A stretch of DNA of 39,334 bases, taken from an uncultured Candidatus Saccharibacteria bacterium. Its GTDB lineage: Bacteria > Patescibacteriota > Minisyncoccia > CAYRSW01. The notes under the pieces are model-generated. The model was not told where the DNA came from. It saw only the letters and a program-made list of their open reading frames with translations, and did no database searches. The stretch covers positions 18,101 through 57,434 of the forward strand of contig CAYRSW010000001.1 in assembly GCA_964427335.1 (NCBI GenBank), read 5' to 3'. A program made the position numbers and the translations under genes. Every line of letters starts with the position of its first letter. Within the stretch, counting starts at the first letter, position 1. Of this stretch, positions 9,641-18,339 are shown piece by piece.

Positions 9641-10951
9641 CTACTCTCTAATGGGTTCTGATTTCCGGGAGCTGTTTTTAATTATTACTACCCCCAACCC
9701 TAACACCACCATTAATATCGGTAAAATTCTTGGGGAGAAAATTGGAGTTTCAACTAAAGCGTGAACTGAAAACCAAACTAAACTTCCCATAAGCCCAATT
9801 GATAAAAATTTTAATTCTTTTCCCTCCAAAGAAACTTTCCATAAGCCCCTTAAAGCCACAAGAAAAATACCCAGCCAAGCTATTAAAGCAAAAACTCCCA
9901 TTTCCACAGCAATATCTAAATAAGTATTGTGGGCATAAATTGGAACGCGATAAGAAGCAGCCGGATTTATTAACTCTGAATAGCTGCCAATCCCTACCCC
10001 TAAAAAGGGATGGTCGTAAAAGAAATCTAAAGCTTCTTCCCAAATTAAAAGCCGCCCCAGATTTGACGGCTCTTTGAAATCAAAAAGGGAAGTGAGACGA
10101 TAGAGGATAGGAGAACCAAAAATAAAAATAGCAATAATACTTAATAAAATAAAAGCAGCGACAAAGATTTTTAATTTTGGCTCAAAAATCCTCCATAAAA
10201 GCAAAATCATAAGCGGTAAAGCTACCAATAGACCCAAATAGCCTCCCCGAGAAAAAGTAAGAAGTTGAGCAGTAAGCAATAAACAGAAAACAAAAAACAG
10301 TAAGCCTTTATATCTCTTGCAGTAAAAAAGAAGTCCAAGGGTCAGAGGAATAACCAGACCCAGATAAAAAGAAAACATGTGAGGATCTGGAAATAGAGAA
10401 GTAGCTCTCAAGAAAGTTTTACCGCCAACATTTACTAACCAACTAGGATTAGCTAAAATCGCTGCGGTGAAAGTTTTGCCTAGAAATATCGGAGCTATAT
10501 AATGAGCCCAAAATTGATAAACCGGCTTGATACCAAAAATAAATTGTGAAAAAAACTGAACGAGGCCGATAGCAGCCAAAGCCAGACTACTGAAAACCAT
10601 CGCTTTGACTACCGTCTTAGCTGCCTTGGCAGAAAATACCCCCGTGACTAAAAAGTAGAGGGGAAAACAAGAAGCAAAAACTAAAACCTTTCTCAATCCT
10701 CTTTCCGGTGAAACACCTTGGGTTAAAGAAAGGCATGATAAAAATAAGAAAAACAAAATTAGATAAGTTATTGGAGAGACAAGAAAATCTAGTCTCTTTT
10801 GAGCTAAAGCTCTTAAAACCCATAAACCAAATATCAATAAAATCAAAACTCTCCCCGAAGCAAGATCTACATCAGGCGCTAAATTTAGAGCCAACTGAAA
10901 AGGAATATAGGCTACGAGAATTAGTAACAATTTTTTAGTTATGGAATTCAT
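9641..10951 (-). CDS. polytopic membrane protein, O-antigen ligase/Wzy_C family (paralogue of 8352-9545)
   Basis: 436 aa, many TM helices, loop motif YAHNTYLDIAVEMGVFALIAW. Confidence 0.65.
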   Translation of the reverse strand: MNSITKKLLLILVAYIPFQLALNLAPDVDLASGRVLILLIFGLWVLRALAQKRLDFLVSPITYLILFFLFLSCLSLTQGVSPERGLRKVLVFASCFPLYFLVTGVFSAKAAKTVVKAMVFSSLALAAIGLVQFFSQFIFGIKPVYQFWAHYIAPIFLGKTFTAAILANPSWLVNVGGKTFLRATSLFPDPHMFSFYLGLVIPLTLGLLFYCKRYKGLLFFVFCLLLTAQLLTFSRGGYLGLLVALPLMILLLWRIFEPKLKIFVAAFILLSIIAIFIFGSPILYRLTSLFDFKEPSNLGRLLIWEEALDFFYDHPFLGVGIGSYSELINPAASYRVPIYAHNTYLDIAVEMGVFALIAWLGIFLVALRGLWKVSLEGKELKFLSIGLMGSLVWFSVHALVETPIFSPRILPILMVVLGLGVVIIKNSSRKSEPIRE

Positions 10952-12402
10952 GCTTCCTTTTTTACCCCGTTAGAAAAATTTTTTCTAACGGGGCGAGTGA
11001 GTTTCACCAGGTCCTCCTTTGAAATTCCTTTTATTAAGTAAAGTACACCAAAATAAACAACAACGCCTGCTAATCCTAAAATGAAGGGATGCCAAGTAGA
11101 ATTAAACCAAAGAAACCCTCCCATCGCAAGGGTTGCAAGAATAATTTTAACAAGCAACTTGAAAGAGAAAAAATGTCCAAGAATCTTATAGATAACAGCA
11201 ACCATAAGGATTGTAACCAAGACCTCGGTAAAGATAGTTGTCCCGGCTGCTCCCCAATAAGAATATCGGGGGATAAAAATAAAGTTTGCCCCCACGTTGA
11301 CCACAGCGCCAACCCCATAAATCCAAGCAAGAGCTTTCTGTTTTTTTAAAGCGATAATCACATTGGAAAAAAGCGCCCCTAAAAAGATTATCCCAGTGGC
11401 AATAATCAACAAATTAAGTACCCCGGCTGAAGCAGTAAAATGCCCGCCGCCAATGAGTTTTATTATCGCCGGGGAAAGAAATATGGTCCCGATTATTAAA
11501 GGGAAAATAAAGATAAGAAGAACTTCTAGAGTTCTTTGAGCAACTCTATTAAATCTTGACCAGCTTGTAAAAGCAAATCGAGCCAGAAGCGGCATAACCA
11601 GCCCGACGATCATAGCCGGGAAAAAGATAAGCGACTCTAAAATCTTATAAGCCAATCCGTAAATACCAACAGCTATAGGGCCTTTCATTAAAGAAAGCAT
11701 TACTGTATCCAGTTTAAAATAAACCATTACCAGCACAGCGGCTATTCCTAAAGGAATGGAGTCCCTAAGAAGCTCTCTCCAATAATCGAAATCAAATCGG
11801 AGTTTTATTTTAATAAATTTTTGGCAAAACCGATAGACCAAGAAAAAATTCACTAAGGCGCCGACCACCAGGGCAGAAATCACACTCAAAAATCCCCAAT
11901 CACGCCAAATAAAAAAAGCAACTAAACTAAGTTGAGCTGCTCTACCCACGAGTTCAGCAAGGGCCGGACGTGTCATTTTTAAATACTTCTGAAAAACACC
12001 CATCAAAACCTGACAGTTACTTAAAAACCAAAAACCCAAAGCACCCAAGGCAATCCCGACCTTCAGAATGGAGGGATAAGGTAAAAACAGAGCGAGTACC
12101 GCGCCTGCCCCGAAGACCAGAAGTCCCGAGACCAGTCGGAGAGTAAAAGCATTGCTGGCAATCTTTTGTTCGTCAGCGCCCTCCCGGGAAATCTCCCGGA
12201 TAGTAATGGAGTAGAGTCCTAAATCAGCTGCCACGGAAAAAATATACACAAAAGCCAAGATTGTTATATAATGCCCAAAGCCAGCTTGGCCAAGATAGCG
12301 GGTAAGTAAAGCAACTATTATTAAAGCAAGGGCAGTTCCAATAACTCTTGCCCCTGCTGAAATAATAGCGTTAAAAGCTATTCTTCTGGGAGTAGAATCC
12401 AT
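10948..12402 (-). CDS. MOP-superfamily oligosaccharide/polysaccharide flippase (Wzx-like)
   Basis: 484 aa, about 14 predicted helices, typical N-terminus NAIISAGARVIGTALALIIVALLTRYLG. 4-nt overlap with the downstream gene. Confidence 0.65.
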   Translation of the reverse strand: MDSTPRRIAFNAIISAGARVIGTALALIIVALLTRYLGQAGFGHYITILAFVYIFSVAADLGLYSITIREISREGADEQKIASNAFTLRLVSGLLVFGAGAVLALFLPYPSILKVGIALGALGFWFLSNCQVLMGVFQKYLKMTRPALAELVGRAAQLSLVAFFIWRDWGFLSVISALVVGALVNFFLVYRFCQKFIKIKLRFDFDYWRELLRDSIPLGIAAVLVMVYFKLDTVMLSLMKGPIAVGIYGLAYKILESLIFFPAMIVGLVMPLLARFAFTSWSRFNRVAQRTLEVLLIFIFPLIIGTIFLSPAIIKLIGGGHFTASAGVLNLLIIATGIIFLGALFSNVIIALKKQKALAWIYGVGAVVNVGANFIFIPRYSYWGAAGTTIFTEVLVTILMVAVIYKILGHFFSFKLLVKIILATLAMGGFLWFNSTWHPFILGLAGVVVYFGVLYLIKGISKEDLVKLTRPVRKNFSNGVKKEA

Positions 12403-12404
12403 AA

Positions 12405-12893
12405 CTAGGTTGGTTTAATTGTTACTCTTCTTTCTGGTTCCTCTCCGACGCTTGTAGTAGTTATATCATCCCTTGCGGCAAGGGATAAATGAATGATTCT
12501 CCTATCATAAGCTCTCATTGGTTGAAAAATAAAGGCACGTCTATTGCGGCTGACAGCCTTAGCAACATTTTCAGCTAATATCCTTAGGCGTTCTATTTTT
12601 TGAGCTTTATAACTGTTAATATCTAGAATAAAATAAATAGGGCCGCCTAATTTAGCCCTAACTATTCGGCTTGCCAGGTGTTGAAGGGCAGAAAGATTAG
12701 TCCCTCTCTGACCAATTAAGATCCCAGGTTCTTCGGATTTAATATTAACGCTAATTGCCTCTTCGGGTAAATTTTCCTGACCAATTTTATAATAAGAGGA
12801 ATCGTTAACCTCTATCTCTTCCAGTGGAATACCTATTAAATCCACGAGGGTCGAAATGGTCTCTTTAATAATTTTAATTTCTTCATTGTTCAT
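12405..12893 (-). CDS. khpB: Jag/KhpB-type RNA-binding protein (KH + R3H)
   Basis: GILIGQRGTNLSALQHL (KH-like) and RRIIHLSL (R3H). Conserved position downstream of yidC. Confidence 0.8.
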   Translation of the reverse strand: MNNEEIKIIKETISTLVDLIGIPLEEIEVNDSSYYKIGQENLPEEAISVNIKSEEPGILIGQRGTNLSALQHLASRIVRAKLGGPIYFILDINSYKAQKIERLRILAENVAKAVSRNRRAFIFQPMRAYDRRIIHLSLAARDDITTTSVGEEPERRVTIKPT

Positions 12894-13596
12894 GTTTTTT
12901 CATTATGAGCCGCTGTTGGAAAATGGCAAATAAAGTAATAACCACCCAATAAAGAGGTAGAGCCGCCGGTAAAACAAAAGCAAAATAAACCATCAATATC
13001 GGCATAAAATAGGTCATCTGCTTGCCCATCATCGCACTCATATCCCCTTTGGACTTACCTTTAGGTGATTCTTTCAGCATCATTTTGCTCTGGATAAACT
13101 GAAGAGCACCCGCTAAAATACTCAAAGGAATATTATGGGTTGCCGAAAGGTCAATAACTCCCAAAAAGGTAGTGTTGATGCTACCAGGGTTTTGGACAAA
13201 AGAGTAAAGCCCTCCTAGGTTTTCTGGTGTCAGCCCGCTTATAAACACCCGGTAAAGAGCAATGAGAATCGGCAGCTGGATGAGTAAAGGCAAACATCCT
13301 CCAAGAGGGTTAATTTTATGTTCCCGGTAAAATTCCATCACTGCCTTGGTCTGGGCTTGTTTGTCATTTTTAAATTTTCCCTGAATCTCCTTTATTTTTG
13401 GCTGAAGATTAGCTACTGCTCTTTGAGACTCAATCGCTTTTTTAGAAAGAGGGTAAAGAAGAAACCTCGTAATTAGCGTCAAAGCTATAATAGCTATACC
13501 CAAATCATGACCGGGAATAACATTATATAAAAAGACTAAGGCATTTAGTAATGGTCTATATAAAATTTCGTGAAAGAGTAATGATAGTATCTCCAT
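12883..13596 (-). CDS. yidC: membrane protein insertase YidC (short form)
   Basis: KINPLGGCLPLLIQLPILIALYRV and C-terminal PAALPLYWVV. ATG at 13594-13596 gives a TAATG overlap with the yidD stop; the track start 13614 is also possible. Confidence 0.9.
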   Translation of the reverse strand: MEILSLLFHEILYRPLLNALVFLYNVIPGHDLGIAIIALTLITRFLLYPLSKKAIESQRAVANLQPKIKEIQGKFKNDKQAQTKAVMEFYREHKINPLGGCLPLLIQLPILIALYRVFISGLTPENLGGLYSFVQNPGSINTTFLGVIDLSATHNIPLSILAGALQFIQSKMMLKESPKGKSKGDMSAMMGKQMTYFMPILMVYFAFVLPAALPLYWVVITLFAIFQQRLIMKKHEQ

Positions 13597-13832
13597 TATT
13601 CTAAAGGATTCCACCCTCCCCTAGAGAAAGGGTGACACTTAATAATCCTCTTTACGCCAAGCCACGTTCCCTTGAGCGCTCCATAAATCCTCACAGCCTC
13701 TAGAGTGTATTCAGAACAGGTGGGTCTGAACCGACATCCGTGATAAGGATATACTTCCCTTAAAGGGCCGTGGTCTAGAGAGAGAGTTTTTTGGTATAAC
13801 TTAATGAGATTAATAACAATAAATTTCGGCAT
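13596..13832 (-). CDS. yidD: membrane protein insertion efficiency factor YidD
   Basis: CRFRPTCSEYTLEAVRIYG signature. Confidence 0.9.
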   Translation of the reverse strand: MPKFIVINLIKLYQKTLSLDHGPLREVYPYHGCRFRPTCSEYTLEAVRIYGALKGTWLGVKRIIKCHPFSRGGWNPLE

Positions 13833-14170
13833 TATTCCATTTTTTTAAAAACCAAACCAATCGTTGATAAAATATCAGTAAAGGATTTTTTCTCTATTCC
13901 TTTTTTGGCTATAATAACCACATCAAGCCCTGGTTTTAATTCAAGAAACTTTCTTTTAACTGCCTCCCGTGAAATTCTTTTTATCCTATTGCGAATACTC
14001 GCTCTATTAGAAATTTTATTACTAACCACAAACCCGAATCGAGAAACAGGAAGGTTATTCTCAATAAATTTCACATATAGAAAATTTTCCGAATTAGAGA
14101 TAGACTTTCCCTTTTTAAAAACTCTCTGGAAGTCTTTATCCCTAATTAAACGATGTTGTTTAGGAAGCAT
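13832..14170 (-). CDS. rnpA: RNase P protein component
   Basis: MLPKQHRL..., RNRIKRISREA motif, position between rpmH and yidD. Confidence 0.9.
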   Translation of the reverse strand: MLPKQHRLIRDKDFQRVFKKGKSISNSENFLYVKFIENNLPVSRFGFVVSNKISNRASIRNRIKRISREAVKRKFLELKPGLDVVIIAKKGIEKKSFTDILSTIGLVFKKME

Positions 14171-14172
14171 AG

Positions 14173-14307
14173 TTAATGAGCTAGAACTTTACGTCCTTTT
14201 CTCCGCCTTCTTGACAAGATTTTCCGACCTGATTTTGTTTTCATTCTTGACCTGAAGCCGTGACTTTTTTTTCTTTTTTTCTTTTTGGGTTGATATGTGC
14301 GCTTCAT
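14173..14307 (-). CDS. rpmH: 50S ribosomal protein L34
   Basis: Own translation of the minus strand gives [44 protein letters not shown] (44 aa). Too short for the ORF track. Classic rpmH-rnpA arrangement. Confidence 0.95.
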   Translation of the reverse strand: MKRTYQPKKKKRKKSHGFRSRMKTKSGRKILSRRRRKGRKVLAH

Positions 14308-14535
14308 GGTTATAAAACTATCTAACCCAAATTATATAGCACAGGAAGAGAAAAGTCAAATGAAACACCGCCATTGCGAATCAGGTAATCTGGGTGTAAA
14401 ATTGGTTTGAAGAGGTGAAAAATTTTCTACACACCCAATCCACAGCTTATGAACAATTTGAGTGGTTTTGAGGTGTTGGCAATATTTTCCATTATGTTAT
14501 ATACTAGGTGATAGGATATTTGTTAATTTATTAGT
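14308..14535. promoter_or_regulatory. rpmH/dnaA divergent intergenic region: dnaA promoter and candidate oriC segment
   Basis: Strand switch of all flanking genes occurs here. TTGGCA (14476-14481), 16-nt spacer, TATATA (14498-14503). Degenerate DnaA-box-like 9-mers TTCTACACA (14425-14433) and CAATCCACA (14436-14444), each 7/9 to TTATCCACA. Confidence 0.45.
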
Positions 14536-15918
14536 ATGACTAATAAACAACTCTGGCGAAGAGTGTTAAGCGAACTTGAATTAAATCTTTCCCAAGCAAG
14601 TTTTAATACTTGGTTTAAAAATACCTCTGTGGCTTCAAAACAGAAGGAAACTATAGTGATAAGTGTCCCCAGCGGATTTGTGAAAGAGTGGTTAGAAAAT
14701 AAGTATAATAAATATATTCTGAAAGCTTTACAAAAATATTACCCCAAAACGAAGAAAGTAGATTTTATTATCAAATCTCTCTCTCCGATTGGGGAAACTT
14801 TAAAAAGGTTAAAAAAAAGTAAAAATAGAGAAAGAGAAGAATCAGTTATTAGTACTATCCCTAATAAAGCAGAACTAGGTAATCTCGAAGGCCTAAATCT
14901 AAATTCTCGGTACACCTTTAACCTTTTTATTGTCGGCTCTTGTAACGAACTGGCTCATGCAGCGTCACTAGCCGTATCTAAAAATCCCGGTAAAACTTAT
15001 AACCCCTTATTCATTTACGGTGGCGTAGGTTTAGGAAAAACTCATCTTCTTCAAGCTATAGGGAACGAAATAATTAAAAATCACCCTACTAAAAAAATTA
15101 AATATATTACCTGTGAACAATTTACTAACGAACTTATCAATTCTATCAGACAACAAAAAATGAACGACTTTAAAAATAAATACCGGAAAATTGATACCTT
15201 AATAATAGATGATGTTCAATTTTTAGCAAAAAAGGAAAAAACTCAAGAAGAATTTTTTCATACCTTTAACACTCTTTACGAAAATAACAAACAAATAGTT
15301 CTATCCTCTGATAGAATCCCTAAAGCTATCCTAACTTTAGAGGAGAGACTTCGATCCCGTTTTGAGGGAGGTATGATTACTGATATTGGTCTCCCTGATT
15401 TTGAAACAAGGTTAGCTATTTTAAAAATGAAATTAGAAAAAAAACAAGAAACCCTCCCACAAGAAATTTTAGAGTACATAGCTTCTCACATCCAGAGAAA
15501 TATAAGAGAATTAGAAGGAGCCCTAAATAAAATAATTGCCTATAATGAGCTTAATAATAATTTATTAACTTTAAAAGATAGTAAGGCAATTCTCTCTTCA
15601 ATTATAAAAATACCAAGAAATAAGAGTATTTCCCCTCAGCAGATTATAAAAGTGGTTACAGAATTTTATAGTATAAAACCTCAACAGTTATTTGAAAAAA
15701 ATAGAAAAAAAGAGGTTGTTTATCCTAGACAAATAGCTATGTATTTAATGAGAGAAGAGGGTAAGTTTTCTTATCCTACTATAGGAGAAAAATTTTCTAA
15801 TCGAGATCATACCACAGTACTCCACGCTTATAAAAAAATAAATAGAGAAATCCAGGAAAATGAAGGTTTAGAAGAGGAGATAAATATAATTAAAGAAAAA
15901 CTCTATAATGACGTTTAG
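14536..15918 (+). CDS. dnaA: chromosomal replication initiator DnaA
   Basis: Walker A GGVGLGKTHLL, Walker B IIDDVQFL, sensor motifs, C-terminal DNA-binding DHTTVLHA. Confidence 0.97.
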   Translation: MTNKQLWRRVLSELELNLSQASFNTWFKNTSVASKQKETIVISVPSGFVKEWLENKYNKYILKALQKYYPKTKKVDFIIKSLSPIGETLKRLKKSKNREREESVISTIPNKAELGNLEGLNLNSRYTFNLFIVGSCNELAHAASLAVSKNPGKTYNPLFIYGGVGLGKTHLLQAIGNEIIKNHPTKKIKYITCEQFTNELINSIRQQKMNDFKNKYRKIDTLIIDDVQFLAKKEKTQEEFFHTFNTLYENNKQIVLSSDRIPKAILTLEERLRSRFEGGMITDIGLPDFETRLAILKMKLEKKQETLPQEILEYIASHIQRNIRELEGALNKIIAYNELNNNLLTLKDSKAILSSIIKIPRNKSISPQQIIKVVTEFYSIKPQQLFEKNRKKEVVYPRQIAMYLMREEGKFSYPTIGEKFSNRDHTTVLHAYKKINREIQENEGLEEEINIIKEKLYNDV

Positions 15919-16098
15919 TTTTTATATTAATATAGTAAATAGTAGTAGTAGTAGTTATAAATTCAGTGGATATATACTTTAATATAGAAAGGAAAGCGAA
16001 TTAGTAAATAATATAATGTTAATAAAAAACCCGAAAATATGTTAATAATTTTACTTATAAAAAATTTATATAATTTAGACACATTTTAGACAAAAATT
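15919..16098. promoter_or_regulatory. very AT-rich dnaA-dnaN spacer: candidate DNA-unwinding element / second oriC segment
   Basis: Visibly the most A/T-rich stretch of the window. (AGT)5 at 15941-15955. AGTGGATAT (15965-15973, 7/9 to TGTGGATAA). Direct repeat TTAGACACA (16075-16083) / TTAGACAAA (16086-16094). Confidence 0.4.
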
Positions 16099-17226
16099 AT
16101 GCACATTATTTGCACTCAAGAAAATTTAAATCAGGGAATAAATATCGTAGAAAAAATAGTCGGCAGGAACACAACCCTACCAATACTTAATAATATCCTT
16201 CTTAAAACAGAGAAAGGGGGGATTAAACTTTCCTCAACTAACTTGGAAATCGGAATAAACTGTTGGATAAGGGCCCAGGTTAAGGAGGAGGGTGGAATAA
16301 CTGTTCCCGCCAAAGCTATCTCTAGTTTTGTGAGTAGTCTTCCAAAAGAGAATTTAACTCTTAAAGTTACTAAGGATAAACTGGATATATCTTGTAGGGA
16401 ATTCCGAGCCGAAATAAAAGGAATGGGAGAAAAAGATTTTCCTTTAATTCCTAAAATAAAAGAACGACCGACCTTAACTCTTAAAACTCAAGATATTAAA
16501 CAGGCCTGCGGTCAGGTTGTTCAGGCAGCGGCCCTAACTGAGTCCAGGCCAGAAATCGCCGGTGTTTTATTTGATATCCTTCCTTCCGGGTTTACCCTTG
16601 TTGCTACCGACACTTACCGGTTAGCGAGAAAAATAGTAAAAAAAGAAAATCCTATAAAACAAGGAATTTCAGTAATAGTACCAAGCGCGACCGTTCAAGA
16701 ATTTATCAGAATATTTTCTGAACTAAAACAAGATTTAGATATTATTTTTGATAAGAATCAGATTCTATTTAGCTATGAGTCTTCAACTCAACCTATTATT
16801 GCTATTCACCTTTTCTCTAGATTAATTGAAGGTAAATATCCTGATTATAAGGAAATAATCCCCGAGAGTTTTGAGACGGAACTCGAATTTTCAAGGGTTG
16901 AATTGATAAATAAAATTAAAGTGGTTAGTCCCTTTAGTAGTAAAGTTAATGATATAAAGATAGAGCTCGAAAATGAGGAACTGGTAAAAATATCTACTAT
17001 TTCACCCGAACTAGGAGCGAGTACCGCTGATATAAAAACGAAAACGTCTAAAAAAACCGCAAGCCTAAATCAAATCACTTTTAATTACAGATACCTTCTT
17101 GACGGTTTAGAAAATATCCCAACCAAAAAAGTCATTCTTCGTCTAAATACCGAAAACTCGCCGGCCGCTCTAAAACCAGAAGGAGATAGAAGTTTCCTCT
17201 ATTTAATAATGCCGATTAAAACATAA
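16099..17226 (+). CDS. dnaN: DNA polymerase III beta sliding clamp
   Basis: 375 aa. N-terminus RNTTLPILNNILLKTEKGGIKLSSTNLEIGI and three-domain length. Directly follows dnaA. Confidence 0.95.
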   Translation: MHIICTQENLNQGINIVEKIVGRNTTLPILNNILLKTEKGGIKLSSTNLEIGINCWIRAQVKEEGGITVPAKAISSFVSSLPKENLTLKVTKDKLDISCREFRAEIKGMGEKDFPLIPKIKERPTLTLKTQDIKQACGQVVQAAALTESRPEIAGVLFDILPSGFTLVATDTYRLARKIVKKENPIKQGISVIVPSATVQEFIRIFSELKQDLDIIFDKNQILFSYESSTQPIIAIHLFSRLIEGKYPDYKEIIPESFETELEFSRVELINKIKVVSPFSSKVNDIKIELENEELVKISTISPELGASTADIKTKTSKKTASLNQITFNYRYLLDGLENIPTKKVILRLNTENSPAALKPEGDRSFLYLIMPIKT

Positions 17227-17243
17227 ATTATGTTGGTATCTGT

Positions 17244-17271
17244 AAAAAAACAGGGTCATCCCTGTTTTTTT
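17244..17271 (+). terminator. intrinsic terminator after dnaN
   Basis: AAAAAAACAGGG (17244-17255), loop TCAT, CCCTGTTTTTTT (17260-17271). Confidence 0.8.
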
Positions 17272-17272
17272 A

Positions 17273-17302
17273 TTGACAGAATTAGTAAAAGGTAGGTATT
17301 AT
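17273..17302 (+). promoter_or_regulatory. near-consensus promoter for yebC-ruvC and the downstream operon; predicts a leaderless or near-leaderless mRNA
   Basis: TTGACA (17273-17278), 18-nt spacer, TATTAT (17297-17302). The yebC ATG begins at 17309, 7 nt after the -10 element. Confidence 0.6.
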
Positions 17303-17308
17303 TAAAGC

Positions 17309-17851
17309 ATGAGTGGACATTCTAAGTGGTCACAAATTAAACACAAAAAAGCTGTTACCGATATTCGTCGGGGAAAACTTTTTTCTAAAACAGCCAAAAT
17401 GATTAGTGTGGCTGCGAGAGTTGGTGGAGGTGACGCAGATTCAAATCCAAAGTTGAGACTTGCCGTTGATAAGGCCCGGGCGGTCAACATGCCCAAGGAT
17501 AACATTGAGCGAGCTATCGAACGAGGCAGAGGTGTGGGGGTGGCCAGACTTGAGGAGGTGAAATACGAAGCCTATGGGCCAGCCGGTGTTGCTTTGATTA
17601 TAGAAGGTATCACAGATAATAAGAATAGAACCCTTTCTGAAATTAAACATATACTTGCAGCTCATGGGGGAAAATTAGCCGAAACAGGAAGTGCTGTATG
17701 GGCGTTTACACGAATTGGAATGGACTGGGTGCCGAAGAGTCCTATTGAAGTAAAGGATACTAAGCAAAGATTACAACTCGAGGATTTATTTGAAGCGTTA
17801 GATGAAAACGATGACGTGCAGGAGATTTATTCAAATTTGGAACAAATATGA
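17309..17851 (+). CDS. yebC: YebC/PmpR-family protein, unusually short (180 aa)
   Basis: MSGHSKWSQIKHKKA, NPKLRLAVDKARAVNMPKDNIERAI, YEAYGPAGVALIIEGITDNKNRT, C-terminal DDVQEIYSN. Confidence 0.85.
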   Translation: MSGHSKWSQIKHKKAVTDIRRGKLFSKTAKMISVAARVGGGDADSNPKLRLAVDKARAVNMPKDNIERAIERGRGVGVARLEEVKYEAYGPAGVALIIEGITDNKNRTLSEIKHILAAHGGKLAETGSAVWAFTRIGMDWVPKSPIEVKDTKQRLQLEDLFEALDENDDVQEIYSNLEQI

Positions 17852-18321
17852 CGATATTAGGCATTGATCCTGGCACAGCCACTACAGGTTACGGCGTAAT
17901 AAAGAGGACAAAGCAGTGCCTCCAAGTTTTAGATTATGGTTGTATAGTAACTAAATCTGGGCTTTCGACTGCTGAGCGGCTAAAAGAAATTAATGAAGGG
18001 TTGATAGAACTCATCAAAAGGCATAAACCCGCTACTATGGCTATTGAAGATATTTTCTTTTTTAAAAATTTAAAGACAGCAGTGAAGGTCAGCCAAGCAA
18101 GGGGAGTGATGATGCTGACTGCTTGTAAAGAGGGGGTTTCCGTAGCTGAATACACTCCTTTACAAGTGAAGCTCGCTATAACTAGTTATGGTCGAGCAGA
18201 TAAAAATCAAGTACAAAAAATGGTGCAAGCATTACTCGGGTTGAAAGATATCCCTAGACCTGACGATGCAGCAGATGCGCTGGCAGTGGCTATATGCCAT
18301 GCAAATACAGTTAAAAGTTAA
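17848..18321 (+). CDS. ruvC: crossover junction endodeoxyribonuclease RuvC
   Basis: ILGIDPGTATTGYGVI, AIEDIFF, DDAADALAVAICHA. ATGA overlap with yebC. Confidence 0.92.
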   Translation: MTILGIDPGTATTGYGVIKRTKQCLQVLDYGCIVTKSGLSTAERLKEINEGLIELIKRHKPATMAIEDIFFFKNLKTAVKVSQARGVMMLTACKEGVSVAEYTPLQVKLAITSYGRADKNQVQKMVQALLGLKDIPRPDDAADALAVAICHANTVKS

Positions 18322-18339
18322 AAGTGCAAAGTTAAAAGT

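Noticed and set aside
12166-12190. Direct repeat CTCCCGGGAAATCTCCCGGA inside the flippase gene
   Set aside because: It simply encodes the reiterated peptide REISRE in frame. No flanking structure suggests an element.
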